NCBI GenBank assembly: GCA_039589315.1 | Contig: JBDHHQ010000001.1 | Location: forward strand, 32,001 to 96,000 | Reading direction: 5' to 3' | From: Gemmatimonadota bacterium | Lineage (GTDB): Bacteria; Gemmatimonadota; Gemmatimonadetes; Longimicrobiales; Gaopeijiaceae | Length of the DNA stretch: 64,000 bases | Shown here: positions 19,565 to 30,003 of the stretch, piece after piece | How positions within the stretch are numbered: the first letter of the stretch is position 1 | How the letters are laid out: every line of letters starts with the position of its first letter | Position numbers and translations under genes: made by a program | Notes under the pieces: model-generated | What the model was told of the DNA's origin: nothing | Databases searched by the model: none | The model's input: only the letters and a program-made list of their open reading frames with translations

Positions 19565-21280
19565 ATGACCCAGCGATCCACGGCTCCGGCCGGCTTCCCA
19601 CTCGATCGACGCGCTTTCCTTTCGTTCTTCTCGGCGGCCGGACTCTCGGGGACGCTGCTGCCGGGGGTCCTCTGGGCCCAGGCCCAGGAGGGCGGTCCCA
19701 TCACGAAGGACGTCCTCGCAGCGGCGGAGAAGGTCGCGGGTCTGTCCTTCACGGAGGAGGAACGGGAGATGATGCTGGAGGGTCTGAACGAGAGGCTCGA
19801 GGCGTTCAAGGCCATCCGGGCCGTGGAAATCCCCAACGGAGTGCCGCCGGCGCTCCACCTCCAGCCCGTGGTGCCGCCGCCGGCCGTCACGGGACCCTCC
19901 CGATTCCGGGCCTCACGGAGGCCGGATCTACGGCGCCCCGACCGGCTCGAGGACGTGGCATTCTGGCCCGTGACCCACGTCTCCGAGCTGGTCCGGACGG
20001 GCCAGGTATCGTCGGTGGAGCTCACCGAGATGTACCTGAGTCGGCTTCGGCGCCACGGAGAGGCGCTGGAATGCGTGGTGACGCTCACGGAAGAGCTGGC
20101 CCTCGAGCAGGCGCGTCGCGCGGACGCCGAGCTGGCCAACGGACGATACCGGAGCGGCCTTCACGGAATCCCGTGGGGTGCCAAGGACCTGCTCTCGACC
20201 CGCGGCTACGCCACGACCTGGGGCGCCGAGCCCTTCCGCGAGCAGGTGATCCAGGAGGACGCCACGGTAGTCGGACGGCTGGAGGAGGCGGGCGCCGTCC
20301 TGGTGGCCAAGCTCACACTCGGGGCCCTGGCGTCGGGGGACGTCTGGTTCGGGGGGCAGACCCGGAACCCCTGGAACCTCGAGCAGGGCTCGAGCGGCTC
20401 CTCGGCCGGACCTGCCGCAGCCACCGTGGCCGGACTGGTGGGCTTCGCCATCGGCAGCGAGACCTTGGGCTCCATCGTGTCGCCGTCCACACGGTGCGGG
20501 GCGAGCGGGCTCCGCCCGACGTTCGGCCGGGTCAGCCGCTACGGGGCCATGGCCCTGTCGTGGAGCATGGACAAGCTCGGTCCCATCTGCCGGACCGTAG
20601 AGGATTGCGCCCTCGTCCTGAACGCGATACAGGGCGCCGACGGCAAGGACCCCACGGCCAGGGATGCGCCGTTCCATTGGGATGCCGGACGCCCGTTGTC
20701 CTCCCTGCGCGTCGGCTACCTGAAGAGCGGCTTCGAGGACGAGGAGTCCCGTAGCCACGATTTCGACGGACCGGCGTTGGAGGTGGTGCGGCGGCTGGGG
20801 ATCGACCCTGTTCCCGTGGAGCTGCCCGACCGGTTTCCCCTGAGCGCCATTCGATTCGTGCTCAACGCCGAGTCCGCCGCCGCCTTCGACGAGCTCACGA
20901 GGAGCGGCCGGGACGACCTGCTGGTGAGGCAGACGGACAACGCCTGGCCGAACCGGTTCCGGGTCGCGCGCATGGTACCGGCGGTGGAGTACATCCAGGC
21001 GAACCGGGTGCGCACCATGGTCATGCATGCGCTGGAAGCCGCCCTGGAGGGCGTAGACGTCTTCGTGACGCCCTCGTACGCCGCCGGCGTGCTGCTCATG
21101 ACCAACCTGACGGGTCATCCGACGACAGTGGTGCCGAGCGGCTTCACGGAAGAGGGCACGCCCGTGTCGATCTCCTTCGTCGGCAAGCTGTGGGGCGACG
21201 CCGAGGCGCTGCTCCTGGCCAAGGCGTACCAGGACGCCACCGGGTGGCACGAACGGAGACCCGAGCTGTTCCTGGGCTGA
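19565..21280 (+). CDS. Amidase-signature family enzyme with Tat signal
   Basis: RRAFL Tat motif; LHGIPWGAKDL (Lys), GSSGSSAG, GSETLGSI (Ser-cisSer-Lys triad). Confidence 0.9.
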   Translation: MTQRSTAPAGFPLDRRAFLSFFSAAGLSGTLLPGVLWAQAQEGGPITKDVLAAAEKVAGLSFTEEEREMMLEGLNERLEAFKAIRAVEIPNGVPPALHLQPVVPPPAVTGPSRFRASRRPDLRRPDRLEDVAFWPVTHVSELVRTGQVSSVELTEMYLSRLRRHGEALECVVTLTEELALEQARRADAELANGRYRSGLHGIPWGAKDLLSTRGYATTWGAEPFREQVIQEDATVVGRLEEAGAVLVAKLTLGALASGDVWFGGQTRNPWNLEQGSSGSSAGPAAATVAGLVGFAIGSETLGSIVSPSTRCGASGLRPTFGRVSRYGAMALSWSMDKLGPICRTVEDCALVLNAIQGADGKDPTARDAPFHWDAGRPLSSLRVGYLKSGFEDEESRSHDFDGPALEVVRRLGIDPVPVELPDRFPLSAIRFVLNAESAAAFDELTRSGRDDLLVRQTDNAWPNRFRVARMVPAVEYIQANRVRTMVMHALEAALEGVDVFVTPSYAAGVLLMTNLTGHPTTVVPSGFTEEGTPVSISFVGKLWGDAEALLLAKAYQDATGWHERRPELFLG

Positions 21281-21408
21281 TCGGCACGGTTGGCGGCTCG
21301 TCGCAGCCGCCGCGGGAGTAGGGGCCCCGGCCGGCCACCACCGGCGACCGGTGGGTCGACGACCCCGCTTCACATTCCGGGGCCCGAACGAGCCCGCCAG
21401 CTTTGGCT

Positions 21409-22959
21409 ATGCTCGCTCAGGTCACCTCCGCAGCGCTCCAGGGCGTGGACAGCTACCTCGTCAGCGTCGAGGTCAACGTCAGCTCCGGGCTGCCGTCGTT
21501 CACGGTGGTGGGGCTCCCGCACGGCGCGGTCCGGGAAGGGCGTGAGCGGGTCACCGCCGCCCTTCAGCACGTCGGCGCGCCGGTTCCCCCCCGCCGCGTC
21601 ACCGTCAACCTGGCGCCGGCCGACGTGCCCAAGGAGGGCAGCGCCTTCGATCTGCCCATCGCGGTGGGCCTCCTCTGCGGCACCGGCGCGCTGGACGCCG
21701 GTCGCGTGGACGGAACCGCGTTCGTCGGTGAGCTGGGCCTCGACGGAGGGCTGAGGCCCGTTCGCGGTGCGGTCTCCATGGCGGCCGGGGCCCGAGCGGC
21801 CGGAATCCGGCGTCTGGTGGTGCCTGCGGGCAACGCGCGCGAGGCGGCCATCGTCCAGGGCGTAGACGTGATCGGCGCGCAGCGACTGGCGGACGTGGTG
21901 GCCGATCTGAAGGGCCGGGTCCGCCTTCTCCCCACCCGGATCGATCCCGAGGCCATCCTGGACGAGCCCGAGCGGACGGGGCTGGACCTTGGGGACGTGC
22001 GGGGACAGCGGGCGGCCAAGCGAGCACTGGAGGTGGCCGCTGCCGGCGCCCACAACCTGCTGCTGCTGGGTCCCCCCGGCTCGGGCAAGACCATGCTGGC
22101 CCGGCGGCTCCCGGGTGTCCTGCCGCCTCTGTCGCTGGACGAGGCCCTCGAAGTGACGAAGGTCCACTCGGTGGCCGGGATGCTGCAGGGCGGTGAAGGG
22201 CTCGTCCGCACCCGGCCCTTCCGGGCGCCCCACCACACGGTGAGTGACGCGGGCCTCATCGGCGGCGGTCGCACGCCTAGGCCCGGGGAGGCCAGTCTCG
22301 CCACCCACGGCGTGCTGTTCCTCGACGAGCTGCCCGAGTTTCGGCGCCACGTGCTGGAGTCTCTCCGTCAGCCCTTGGAGGACCATCATGTCACCCTGGC
22401 CAGGGCCAGCCAGAGTCTGCGGTTTCCCGCCCGCTTCGTCCTGGTTGCGGCCATGAACCCCTGCCCGTGTGGGTACTACGGTGACGGCTCGGACCGCTGC
22501 ACCTGCGACCCCGGCATGGTGGAGCGCTACCGGTCCCGGATCTCCGGCCCACTGCTCGACCGAATCGACCTGCACGTGGAGGTTCCATCCGTTCCGTACA
22601 GGGAGCTGACGGCTCGTGCGGACAACGGGGGGAGCGCCACGGTGCGGGCGCGCGTAGCCCGGAGCCGTGAGCGACAACGGGCCCGCTTCTCGTCCGCGCC
22701 CGGCATCCACGCCAACGGGCAGATGGGGCCCACCGAGATCCGGCGATGGTGTCGCCCGGCCCCGGCCGTCGCGCGCCTGCTGCAACGATCGCTGGATCGC
22801 CTCGGCCTGAGCGCCCGGGCGTACCACCGGATCCTGAAGGTGGCCCGCACCATCGCGGACCTCGACGAGGCCGCCGAGATCGCACCGGAGCACGCCGCCG
22901 AGGCGGTGCAGTACAGAACCCTGGATCGCCAACGGGCCTCTGCGGTAGCGCTGCGGTGA
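21409..22959 (+). CDS. comM: YifB/ComM Mg-chelatase-like AAA+ ATPase
   Basis: VTVNLAPADVPKEGSAFDLPIA, GPPGSGKT, PFRAPHH, LFLDELPEF, AMNPCPCG, SGPLLDRID. Confidence 0.93.
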   Translation: MLAQVTSAALQGVDSYLVSVEVNVSSGLPSFTVVGLPHGAVREGRERVTAALQHVGAPVPPRRVTVNLAPADVPKEGSAFDLPIAVGLLCGTGALDAGRVDGTAFVGELGLDGGLRPVRGAVSMAAGARAAGIRRLVVPAGNAREAAIVQGVDVIGAQRLADVVADLKGRVRLLPTRIDPEAILDEPERTGLDLGDVRGQRAAKRALEVAAAGAHNLLLLGPPGSGKTMLARRLPGVLPPLSLDEALEVTKVHSVAGMLQGGEGLVRTRPFRAPHHTVSDAGLIGGGRTPRPGEASLATHGVLFLDELPEFRRHVLESLRQPLEDHHVTLARASQSLRFPARFVLVAAMNPCPCGYYGDGSDRCTCDPGMVERYRSRISGPLLDRIDLHVEVPSVPYRELTARADNGGSATVRARVARSRERQRARFSSAPGIHANGQMGPTEIRRWCRPAPAVARLLQRSLDRLGLSARAYHRILKVARTIADLDEAAEIAPEHAAEAVQYRTLDRQRASAVALR

Positions 22960-23071
22960 GGGCTACCGACCGCCATGGCCCGGTGGACTCACGGTGGAAG
23001 CCCGCGCGGCCGCCCGGGCGAAGAGGCCCGCGCGTAGCGGGCTCAACCGCCCCGAAGCGTGGGCGATTCGG

Positions 23072-23100
23072 TTGTATGCTACCGCGGGCAGGGGTACGTT
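23072..23100 (+). promoter_or_regulatory. Putative sigma-70 promoter
   Basis: TTGTAT-N17-TACGTT upstream of the 23142 CDS. Confidence 0.45.
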
Positions 23101-23141
23101 ATGCCGTCTCTCGCCGTCCGACCGCACCGCCCAGGCCGACG

Positions 23142-24299
23142 ATGCATTACCTGGACTACGCAGCCACCTCCGCCGTGCGCCCCGCGTCCGTCGTCGACGC
23201 CGTGACGGCCTTTCTGGCCGATTGCGGGGCGACGCCCGGCCGCGGTGGGCACAGGCCCTCCATCGAGGCGGGGCGGGTGGCCTTCCGGTGCCGCCGGTCG
23301 CTCTGCCGCCTCCTCGGCCTGCCCGGCGACCCCGGCCGGCTCGCCTTCACGCACAACGCGACCCACGCCCTCAACACGGCGCTGTGGGGCCTCCTGCGGC
23401 CAGGTGACCTCCTGGTCGTCTCGCCCTACGACCACAACGCCGTCCTCCGACCGGCGCATCGTCTGGCGAGGGAGCGCGGGGTCGAGGTCCGGATGCTGTC
23501 GGGTGCTCCCGACGGCAGCTTCGATCTGGACGAGGTGGGCCGGGTCGTGGAGGGAGCCCGGCTCCTGGTCATCAACGCCGCGTCCAACGTGCTGGGGACC
23601 CGGGCTCCTGTGGCCGAGCTCGCCGCCCTGGCCCACGACCGTGGCGCGCTCGTGCTCGTCGATGCCGCTCAGTCCGCGGGCGTCCTGCCCGTCAGCCATG
23701 CCGAGGAAGGCGCCGATCTGATCGCGGTCACGGGCCACAAGGGCCTCCTCGGTCCCCAGGGACTGGGCGCCCTCTGGGTGCGGGACGGCCTCGACGTCGA
23801 GCCTCTCCTCTGCGGCGGGACCGGTGGCGATTCCAGGACGCGGGAGATGCCTGCGGCCATGCCGGACCGATTGGAAGCCGGAACACCCAACTCGCCCGGC
23901 ATGGCCGGGCTCGCCGCCGGGGTCCGCTACGTCCTGCAGGAGGGCGTGACCGAGATTCAGCGCAGGGAGCTGGTGTTGAAGCGCCGCTTGCGCGACGGCC
24001 TCTCCCAGATCGCAGGCGTCCGTGTGGTCTCGCCGGCCGGGGAGGACGGCGTGGGGGTGGTTACGGTGGCCAGTGACGCCATGGACGCAGGGACCCTTGC
24101 CGGACGGCTGGATGCCGAATTCGGCGTCATGGTCCGAGCGGGTCTTCACTGCGCGCCCGAGGCTCACCGGATCCTGGGGACCATGGGGACGGGGGCCGTG
24201 CGATTCTCGGTGGGCTGGGCCACCACCGACGCCGACGTCGACGCCGCCGTGTGCGGTGTGGACCGGATCGCCGGGAAGCGTCCCGTCCCTTTGGCGTGA
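23142..24299 (+). CDS. Class V aminotransferase / cysteine desulfurase family protein (second paralog)
   Basis: YLDYAATS, DAAQSAG, TGHKGLLGPQG, EAGTPN, RAGLHCAP. Confidence 0.9.
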   Translation: MHYLDYAATSAVRPASVVDAVTAFLADCGATPGRGGHRPSIEAGRVAFRCRRSLCRLLGLPGDPGRLAFTHNATHALNTALWGLLRPGDLLVVSPYDHNAVLRPAHRLARERGVEVRMLSGAPDGSFDLDEVGRVVEGARLLVINAASNVLGTRAPVAELAALAHDRGALVLVDAAQSAGVLPVSHAEEGADLIAVTGHKGLLGPQGLGALWVRDGLDVEPLLCGGTGGDSRTREMPAAMPDRLEAGTPNSPGMAGLAAGVRYVLQEGVTEIQRRELVLKRRLRDGLSQIAGVRVVSPAGEDGVGVVTVASDAMDAGTLAGRLDAEFGVMVRAGLHCAPEAHRILGTMGTGAVRFSVGWATTDADVDAAVCGVDRIAGKRPVPLA

Positions 24300-24324
24300 C
24301 TGTCGAACGGCCCGGAGGTTCGTG

Positions 24325-24891
24325 TTGCGCCTCTTCGTGGCCCTGAACCTCCCCGACCGCGAGAGAGCCGGCATTCACCGCGCGGCGGCCTCCCTACGTG
24401 AATCGACCCTACCCGTGCGGTGGGTCCCCGCCGAGAACCTGCATGTGACCCTGGCGTTCCTTGGCGAGGTGGACGAGGGGCGGGTGGACCCGGTCGGCCA
24501 GGCGCTGCGATGGGTGGGAGCCCAGCACGCCCCGCTGACGTTGGAGGTCGGTGGGGTCGGCGCGTTCCCGACTCCTCGCCGCCCCCGGGTCTTGTGGATC
24601 GGTGCGGAGGGTGGGTCGGCCCTCCGCGCGCTGCAGCGAGGGGTGCAGGCGGCGCTGGAGCCCCTGGGATTCGCGCCCGACGAGCGCTCCTTCCATCCTC
24701 ACGTGACGCTCGGGCGCGCTCGGAGGCACGCCGGACCACGGGACTTCGGGGAGTTCGCTGCCATGGCCGAAACCGTGGACTACCGGCAGCGCGTAGGGAT
24801 CGGTACGGTGGATCTCATGCAAAGCCGGGGATCGCCATCCGGTGTTCGCTACCGGGCAATGCTGCGCTGCCCACTGGGCGGCGCTGGATAG
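24325..24891 (+). CDS. thpR: RNA 2',3'-cyclic phosphodiesterase (2H family)
   Basis: MRLFVA start (TTG 24325 after GGAGG); two HxT motifs NLHVTLAFLG and FHPHVTLGR; PRVLW. Confidence 0.92.
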   Translation: MRLFVALNLPDRERAGIHRAAASLRESTLPVRWVPAENLHVTLAFLGEVDEGRVDPVGQALRWVGAQHAPLTLEVGGVGAFPTPRRPRVLWIGAEGGSALRALQRGVQAALEPLGFAPDERSFHPHVTLGRARRHAGPRDFGEFAAMAETVDYRQRVGIGTVDLMQSRGSPSGVRYRAMLRCPLGGAG

Positions 24892-25010
24892 GGTGCGGGT
24901 GCGGAAATCCCGGTGGCGCCCTCCGTGGAGGCACGCGCCGGTAGAATCGAACCGAGGCGCCCGGGGCCGAACCTGGAGAGGCTCCGTCCGGACTGGAGCG
25001 GAATGGAATC

Positions 25011-25670
25011 GTGAAGACGCTGAGCTGGATCGTCCGCAGGGTCGTGGACCTGGTCGTGCTGATCCTCGTCGCCTACGGCGGCTGGAAGTGGGGGGGGCTC
25101 GTGTTTCCGGGCCTCGAGGCGCGGCTGGGCGTGGGGGCCGCCCCGGCCATCGTGGTGGAAGGAGTGGAGCCGTCCGAGGAGCTGGGTGATGCCGCCCTTC
25201 GCCGCATCGAGGACTTCCTGGAGGGCGGGGAGGACGAGCTGGCCCTGTCCGGCGCCGAGCTCACCAGCGTCCTGCGTTACGGGCGCCAGGACCTGGTCCC
25301 GGCGGGACTCCACGAGCTCCACGTCCGTCTCGAACAGGGTCGCGCCCATGCTGCCGCCGATGTGTCGCTCTCCCAGTTCCCCGCGTTGGCGGAGCTCGGG
25401 CCCGTGACCGGGATCCTCCCGGACCCGGTGACCCTGGAGCTCCAGGGCTCGGTCATGGGGTTCGGCGACCATTCAGCGGCGCTGGTGGTGCAGGGAATCG
25501 CGGTGGCGGGCGTGCCGCTGCCCAGAGGGCTCATCCCCGAGGTCGTGCGTGCCCTGCGCGAGATCGACCGACCGGGCCTTCCGGACGAGGCGCTGGTCGT
25601 GGGCCTGCCGGAGGGGATCGCGTCGGCCCACGTGGTGGGTGACCGCCTGGTCCTGGTAGCCGGGTCCTGA
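25011..25670 (+). CDS. Membrane-anchored hypothetical protein
   Basis: 219 aa, single N-terminal TM, coding-like codon usage. Confidence 0.65.
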   Translation: MKTLSWIVRRVVDLVVLILVAYGGWKWGGLVFPGLEARLGVGAAPAIVVEGVEPSEELGDAALRRIEDFLEGGEDELALSGAELTSVLRYGRQDLVPAGLHELHVRLEQGRAHAAADVSLSQFPALAELGPVTGILPDPVTLELQGSVMGFGDHSAALVVQGIAVAGVPLPRGLIPEVVRALREIDRPGLPDEALVVGLPEGIASAHVVGDRLVLVAGS

Positions 25671-25757
25671 CGCCCACGCCGCCCCGCAGGCTCCCGCATG
25701 GCCTACCGCGCCGCCCCCGGGGTTCGGTCCGGTCCGGCCGGCCGGTCTCGGCCCAAC

Positions 25758-25787
25758 CGGGAACCGCCACGCCGTTGTTGTGTCCTA
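25758..25787 (+). promoter_or_regulatory. Putative ECF-sigma promoter motif, copy 2
   Basis: CGGGAAC-N14-TGTGTCCTA upstream of the response regulator. Confidence 0.4.
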
Positions 25788-25910
25788 CACAGGTGACACC
25801 TGGGCGGCAGCGTCCACCCCCTGGCCAGGATCTCCGCCGGGGGCCGTAGCGCTCGGCCAGCGAGCCCGCAGGGCCCGCCGTCCTTTCATCCCAGACCCGG
25901 AGCCGTTGCC

Positions 25911-27269
<1,359 letters not shown>

Positions 27270-27278
27270 CCGACCGGG

Positions 27279-28088
27279 TCAGCGGTCCTGGGCGCCCATG
27301 CCTTCGATCTGGGCCCCGTTCGGCAGCCGGTAGAGAACCTCGACGGTGCGGTAATCCCGTGCCGACAGGCTCCGCGCCGTGTTCGTCGGATACATCACGT
27401 CGCGCGGCGAGTCGCTGTGGGGCAAGCCCAGGGCGTGGCCCATCTCGTGGGCCGCGACCAGCTCCACCTCGTGGGGGCTCAGCTCGTAGCGCGGGTTGTA
27501 GGGACTGCGCGTGGCCAGCGCGAAGTCCACGATGCGGAGCGATTTTTCCCCGTTCCTGTCTCGCCATTCGGACCGGGTGTGTCCCAGGCTGGATCCGTCG
27601 AGCTGGAGCGTCCACCGTACCACGATGTCGGCACCCTCACGACTGCCTCGGTCGTGTATGCGAAGCGCGAACGGACGTTGGTGCCAGGCCTGGATGCCAC
27701 GCACGGCGGCCCGTTGCAGCCCCCGGGCCCGGCCGGGGGGCTCGAAGTCCGGTTGCGGGACGGAAACGGTGAGCGTCTGAAGGGTATCGGGCCACCGCAG
27801 CACCCGGTGCGAGTCGGGAGCCTCCGGGTTGGCGCACAGGTAGCCGGAATCCGGACACACGGACCGGGCCGGCAGGACGAGCCGTTGCGTCCGTGCAACC
27901 GGGGCCTCGGCGGAAAGTGGACACGGCGACGTCTCGCACTCGTCCATACCCCCGAACGCCTCGTCCATGCCGAACAGAGGTCTCGACAGCCGGGACGCGG
28001 GGCGAAGGAAGCCGATGAGGGCCACGACCACGGCCACACCGACCAGAGGCGTGATGGGTAGACCGCCCCGACCGGGGGAACGTCGCAA
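27279..28088 (-). CDS. Matrixin (M10-type metzincin) metalloprotease
   Basis: HEMGHALGLPHS zinc motif and DVMYP Met-turn; N-terminal TM; AAGGA before the TTG start. Confidence 0.85.
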   Translation of the reverse strand: MRRSPGRGGLPITPLVGVAVVVALIGFLRPASRLSRPLFGMDEAFGGMDECETSPCPLSAEAPVARTQRLVLPARSVCPDSGYLCANPEAPDSHRVLRWPDTLQTLTVSVPQPDFEPPGRARGLQRAAVRGIQAWHQRPFALRIHDRGSREGADIVVRWTLQLDGSSLGHTRSEWRDRNGEKSLRIVDFALATRSPYNPRYELSPHEVELVAAHEMGHALGLPHSDSPRDVMYPTNTARSLSARDYRTVEVLYRLPNGAQIEGMGAQDR

Positions 28089-28170
28089 GCCGGTGTCCTT
28101 TCACGCAGGGGCGATGGAAGCAGTGGATATACACTTCTTCGGCCCCCCCGGGCGGAAAGATTAGGGACGG

Positions 28171-28356
28171 TTGACCGTCGGGAGCTGGGCGACGTTGGTG
28201 GGCGCCGGGGTGGCGGGCGCGGCCTTCGTGGGCTTCGTCGTGGCCCTGGTGGCGAGGCGCGTGAGCCCCGCCTCGCCGTTCGTGCAGACGTGGCTCTTCT
28301 ACACCGCCCTGGTGGCATTCTTGATGGCGGCGGTCCTCGTGGTCGGGCTCACCTGA
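28171..28356 (+). CDS. Small two-TM hypothetical protein
   Basis: 61 aa, two hydrophobic segments, AGGGA before TTG, GC-rich third codon positions. Confidence 0.5.
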   Translation: MTVGSWATLVGAGVAGAAFVGFVVALVARRVSPASPFVQTWLFYTALVAFLMAAVLVVGLT

Positions 28357-28498
28357 TCGCGTCCTCCCGCCGGGCCCTCGTGGGAAGCTCGGGCGGGGCT
28401 GGACCAGGGCCGCCGTGACGCGAACAGCCGCCCCGGCGCCACCGGGGTGGCGGAGCCCGGGCGCCCCGCCTCGGCCATCTCGAAGGGCGGAAAGCCCG

Positions 28499-28765
28499 GT
28501 GACGCGCACCGAGGAGCTTCGACTCGGCGACGGGCTGCTGCCCGAGACCGCGATCGGGCCGCTGATCGACGCCGACGCTTTCCGGAAGACCCAGCGGTAC
28601 ATGGAGGTGGCCCGGTCCGCAGGCGAGATTCTGTCGGGTGGGTGGCCCGCCGGGGGCGGCCACCGGAAGGGGGGCTGGGAGGTCTACGAGTTCTACTCGG
28701 AGACCAAGGTCTGCTCCCTGGACTACTCCGGCAGGCTCCAGCGAGCAAAGATCGACGACTACTGA
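28499..28765 (+). pseudogene. Aldehyde dehydrogenase remnant (5' truncated, internal deletion)
   Basis: LRLGDGLLPETAIGPLI..GEILSGG joined directly to the ALDH C-terminus GHRKGG..FYSETKV..DYSGRLQRAKID. Confidence 0.75.
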
Positions 28766-28867
28766 CCGGTGGGTCGAGACTATTGACCGGCGTTCCGCGG
28801 CTGAGCCAGGTTGGGTACACCGCAGGAGTGTCGAGATTCTACGAGCGGTCCGTGCCACCGCTTACGG

Positions 28868-28896
28868 CGGGAACGGCCCCGGGGCCGGTGTGTATT
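28868..28896 (+). promoter_or_regulatory. Putative ECF-sigma promoter motif, copy 3
   Basis: CGGGAAC-N14-TGTGTATT upstream of lepB. Confidence 0.4.
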
Positions 28897-28987
28897 CGTC
28901 GAGTACCGCCGCGAAGAGCTCGGGGATGCGAGACCGGGCCGGGAACGCCCAGCGGGATCCCGTAGGGACCGGAAGAACCGAAGCGGA

Positions 28988-29731
28988 ATGAGCGTGACCG
29001 ACCCAACCGACCAAGTCAGCGATCCCAGGCCGCGCCTGGCGGACCGCCCCTCGTTCTTCCGGACCGTCTGGGACTGGACCAAGTCCGTGGCGGTGGCCTT
29101 CGTCCTGTTCCTCTTCATCCGGGCCTTCCTCGTCGAGGCGTTCAAGATCCCGACGTCGTCCATGGAGAACACGCTTCTCGTGGGCGACTTCCTGATCGTC
29201 AACAAGGCGATGTACGGTGCCGAGATCCCCGGCGTCCACCTCCGCGTTCCCGGATTCGCCGAGCCGGACCGGGGAGACGTCATCGTCTTCAATCCGCCGC
29301 ACGATCCCGCCAAGAATTACGTGAAGCGGCTCATCGGACTCCCTGGGGACACGCTCGAAATGCGAGGCAAGGACGTCTACGTGAACAACGTCCTTCAGGA
29401 GGAGCCCTACGCCCGCTACCTCGACCGGGGAGGCGACGCCGTCCATCCGTCGATGAGCTGGCAACACCGATTCCTTCCCACCAGTCTGGAGGCGCGCGAG
29501 TACCGCCCGTCCCGGGACAACTGGGGGCCCATCGTCGTTCCGGTGGGCCGCTTCTTCGTTCTCGGTGACAACCGGGACAACAGCGAGGATTCCCGCTACT
29601 GGGGCTTCGTGCGGAGAGAAGCCATCCGCGGTCGTCCCTGGTTCATCTACTACTCGTTTCGACCGCACGACGACGGCATGAGCTGGCTCCGGGACATCCG
29701 CTGGGAACGCATCGGCGGGCGCATCGAATAG
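28988..29731 (+). CDS. lepB: Signal peptidase I
   Basis: IPTSSMENTLLVGD (Ser), YVKRLIGLPGD (Lys), GDNRDNSEDSRYWG. Confidence 0.95.
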   Translation: MSVTDPTDQVSDPRPRLADRPSFFRTVWDWTKSVAVAFVLFLFIRAFLVEAFKIPTSSMENTLLVGDFLIVNKAMYGAEIPGVHLRVPGFAEPDRGDVIVFNPPHDPAKNYVKRLIGLPGDTLEMRGKDVYVNNVLQEEPYARYLDRGGDAVHPSMSWQHRFLPTSLEAREYRPSRDNWGPIVVPVGRFFVLGDNRDNSEDSRYWGFVRREAIRGRPWFIYYSFRPHDDGMSWLRDIRWERIGGRIE

Positions 29732-30003
29732 CCAAGCCGTCCCCCCGGCGGAGTCGGGCGGCGCTTCACCGCCCGGTCGGGACCCTCTGTCCAACACTTC
29801 CCGCCGGGTTGCGCGACGGCATTCCGGGCCCTACTGATTCCTCGACGGGCTCGCCTGGCAATGCGCGGCTGCCCATCCTGATGAGCGACACCCGCGACTT
29901 TCGAACGAGCTGCTGATCTGAGCGTGGACCGCCGGGTTGCCCCCCACCTCGCTGCGCCACGGCGCACCGGTGTTCCCGTGCGCTCGAGCCCTCTATCTGG
30001 CAC

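Noticed and set aside
19328..19858. Long N-terminal extension of the pntAa ORF
   Set aside because: Overlaps the amidase on the other strand; homology begins at ATG 19327, which has an SD and a promoter upstream
29878..29910. CTGATGAG...CGAA hammerhead-like core upstream of the sigma gene
   Set aside because: Reads CGAAC rather than CGAAA, stem II does not close next to it, and I found no stems I or III
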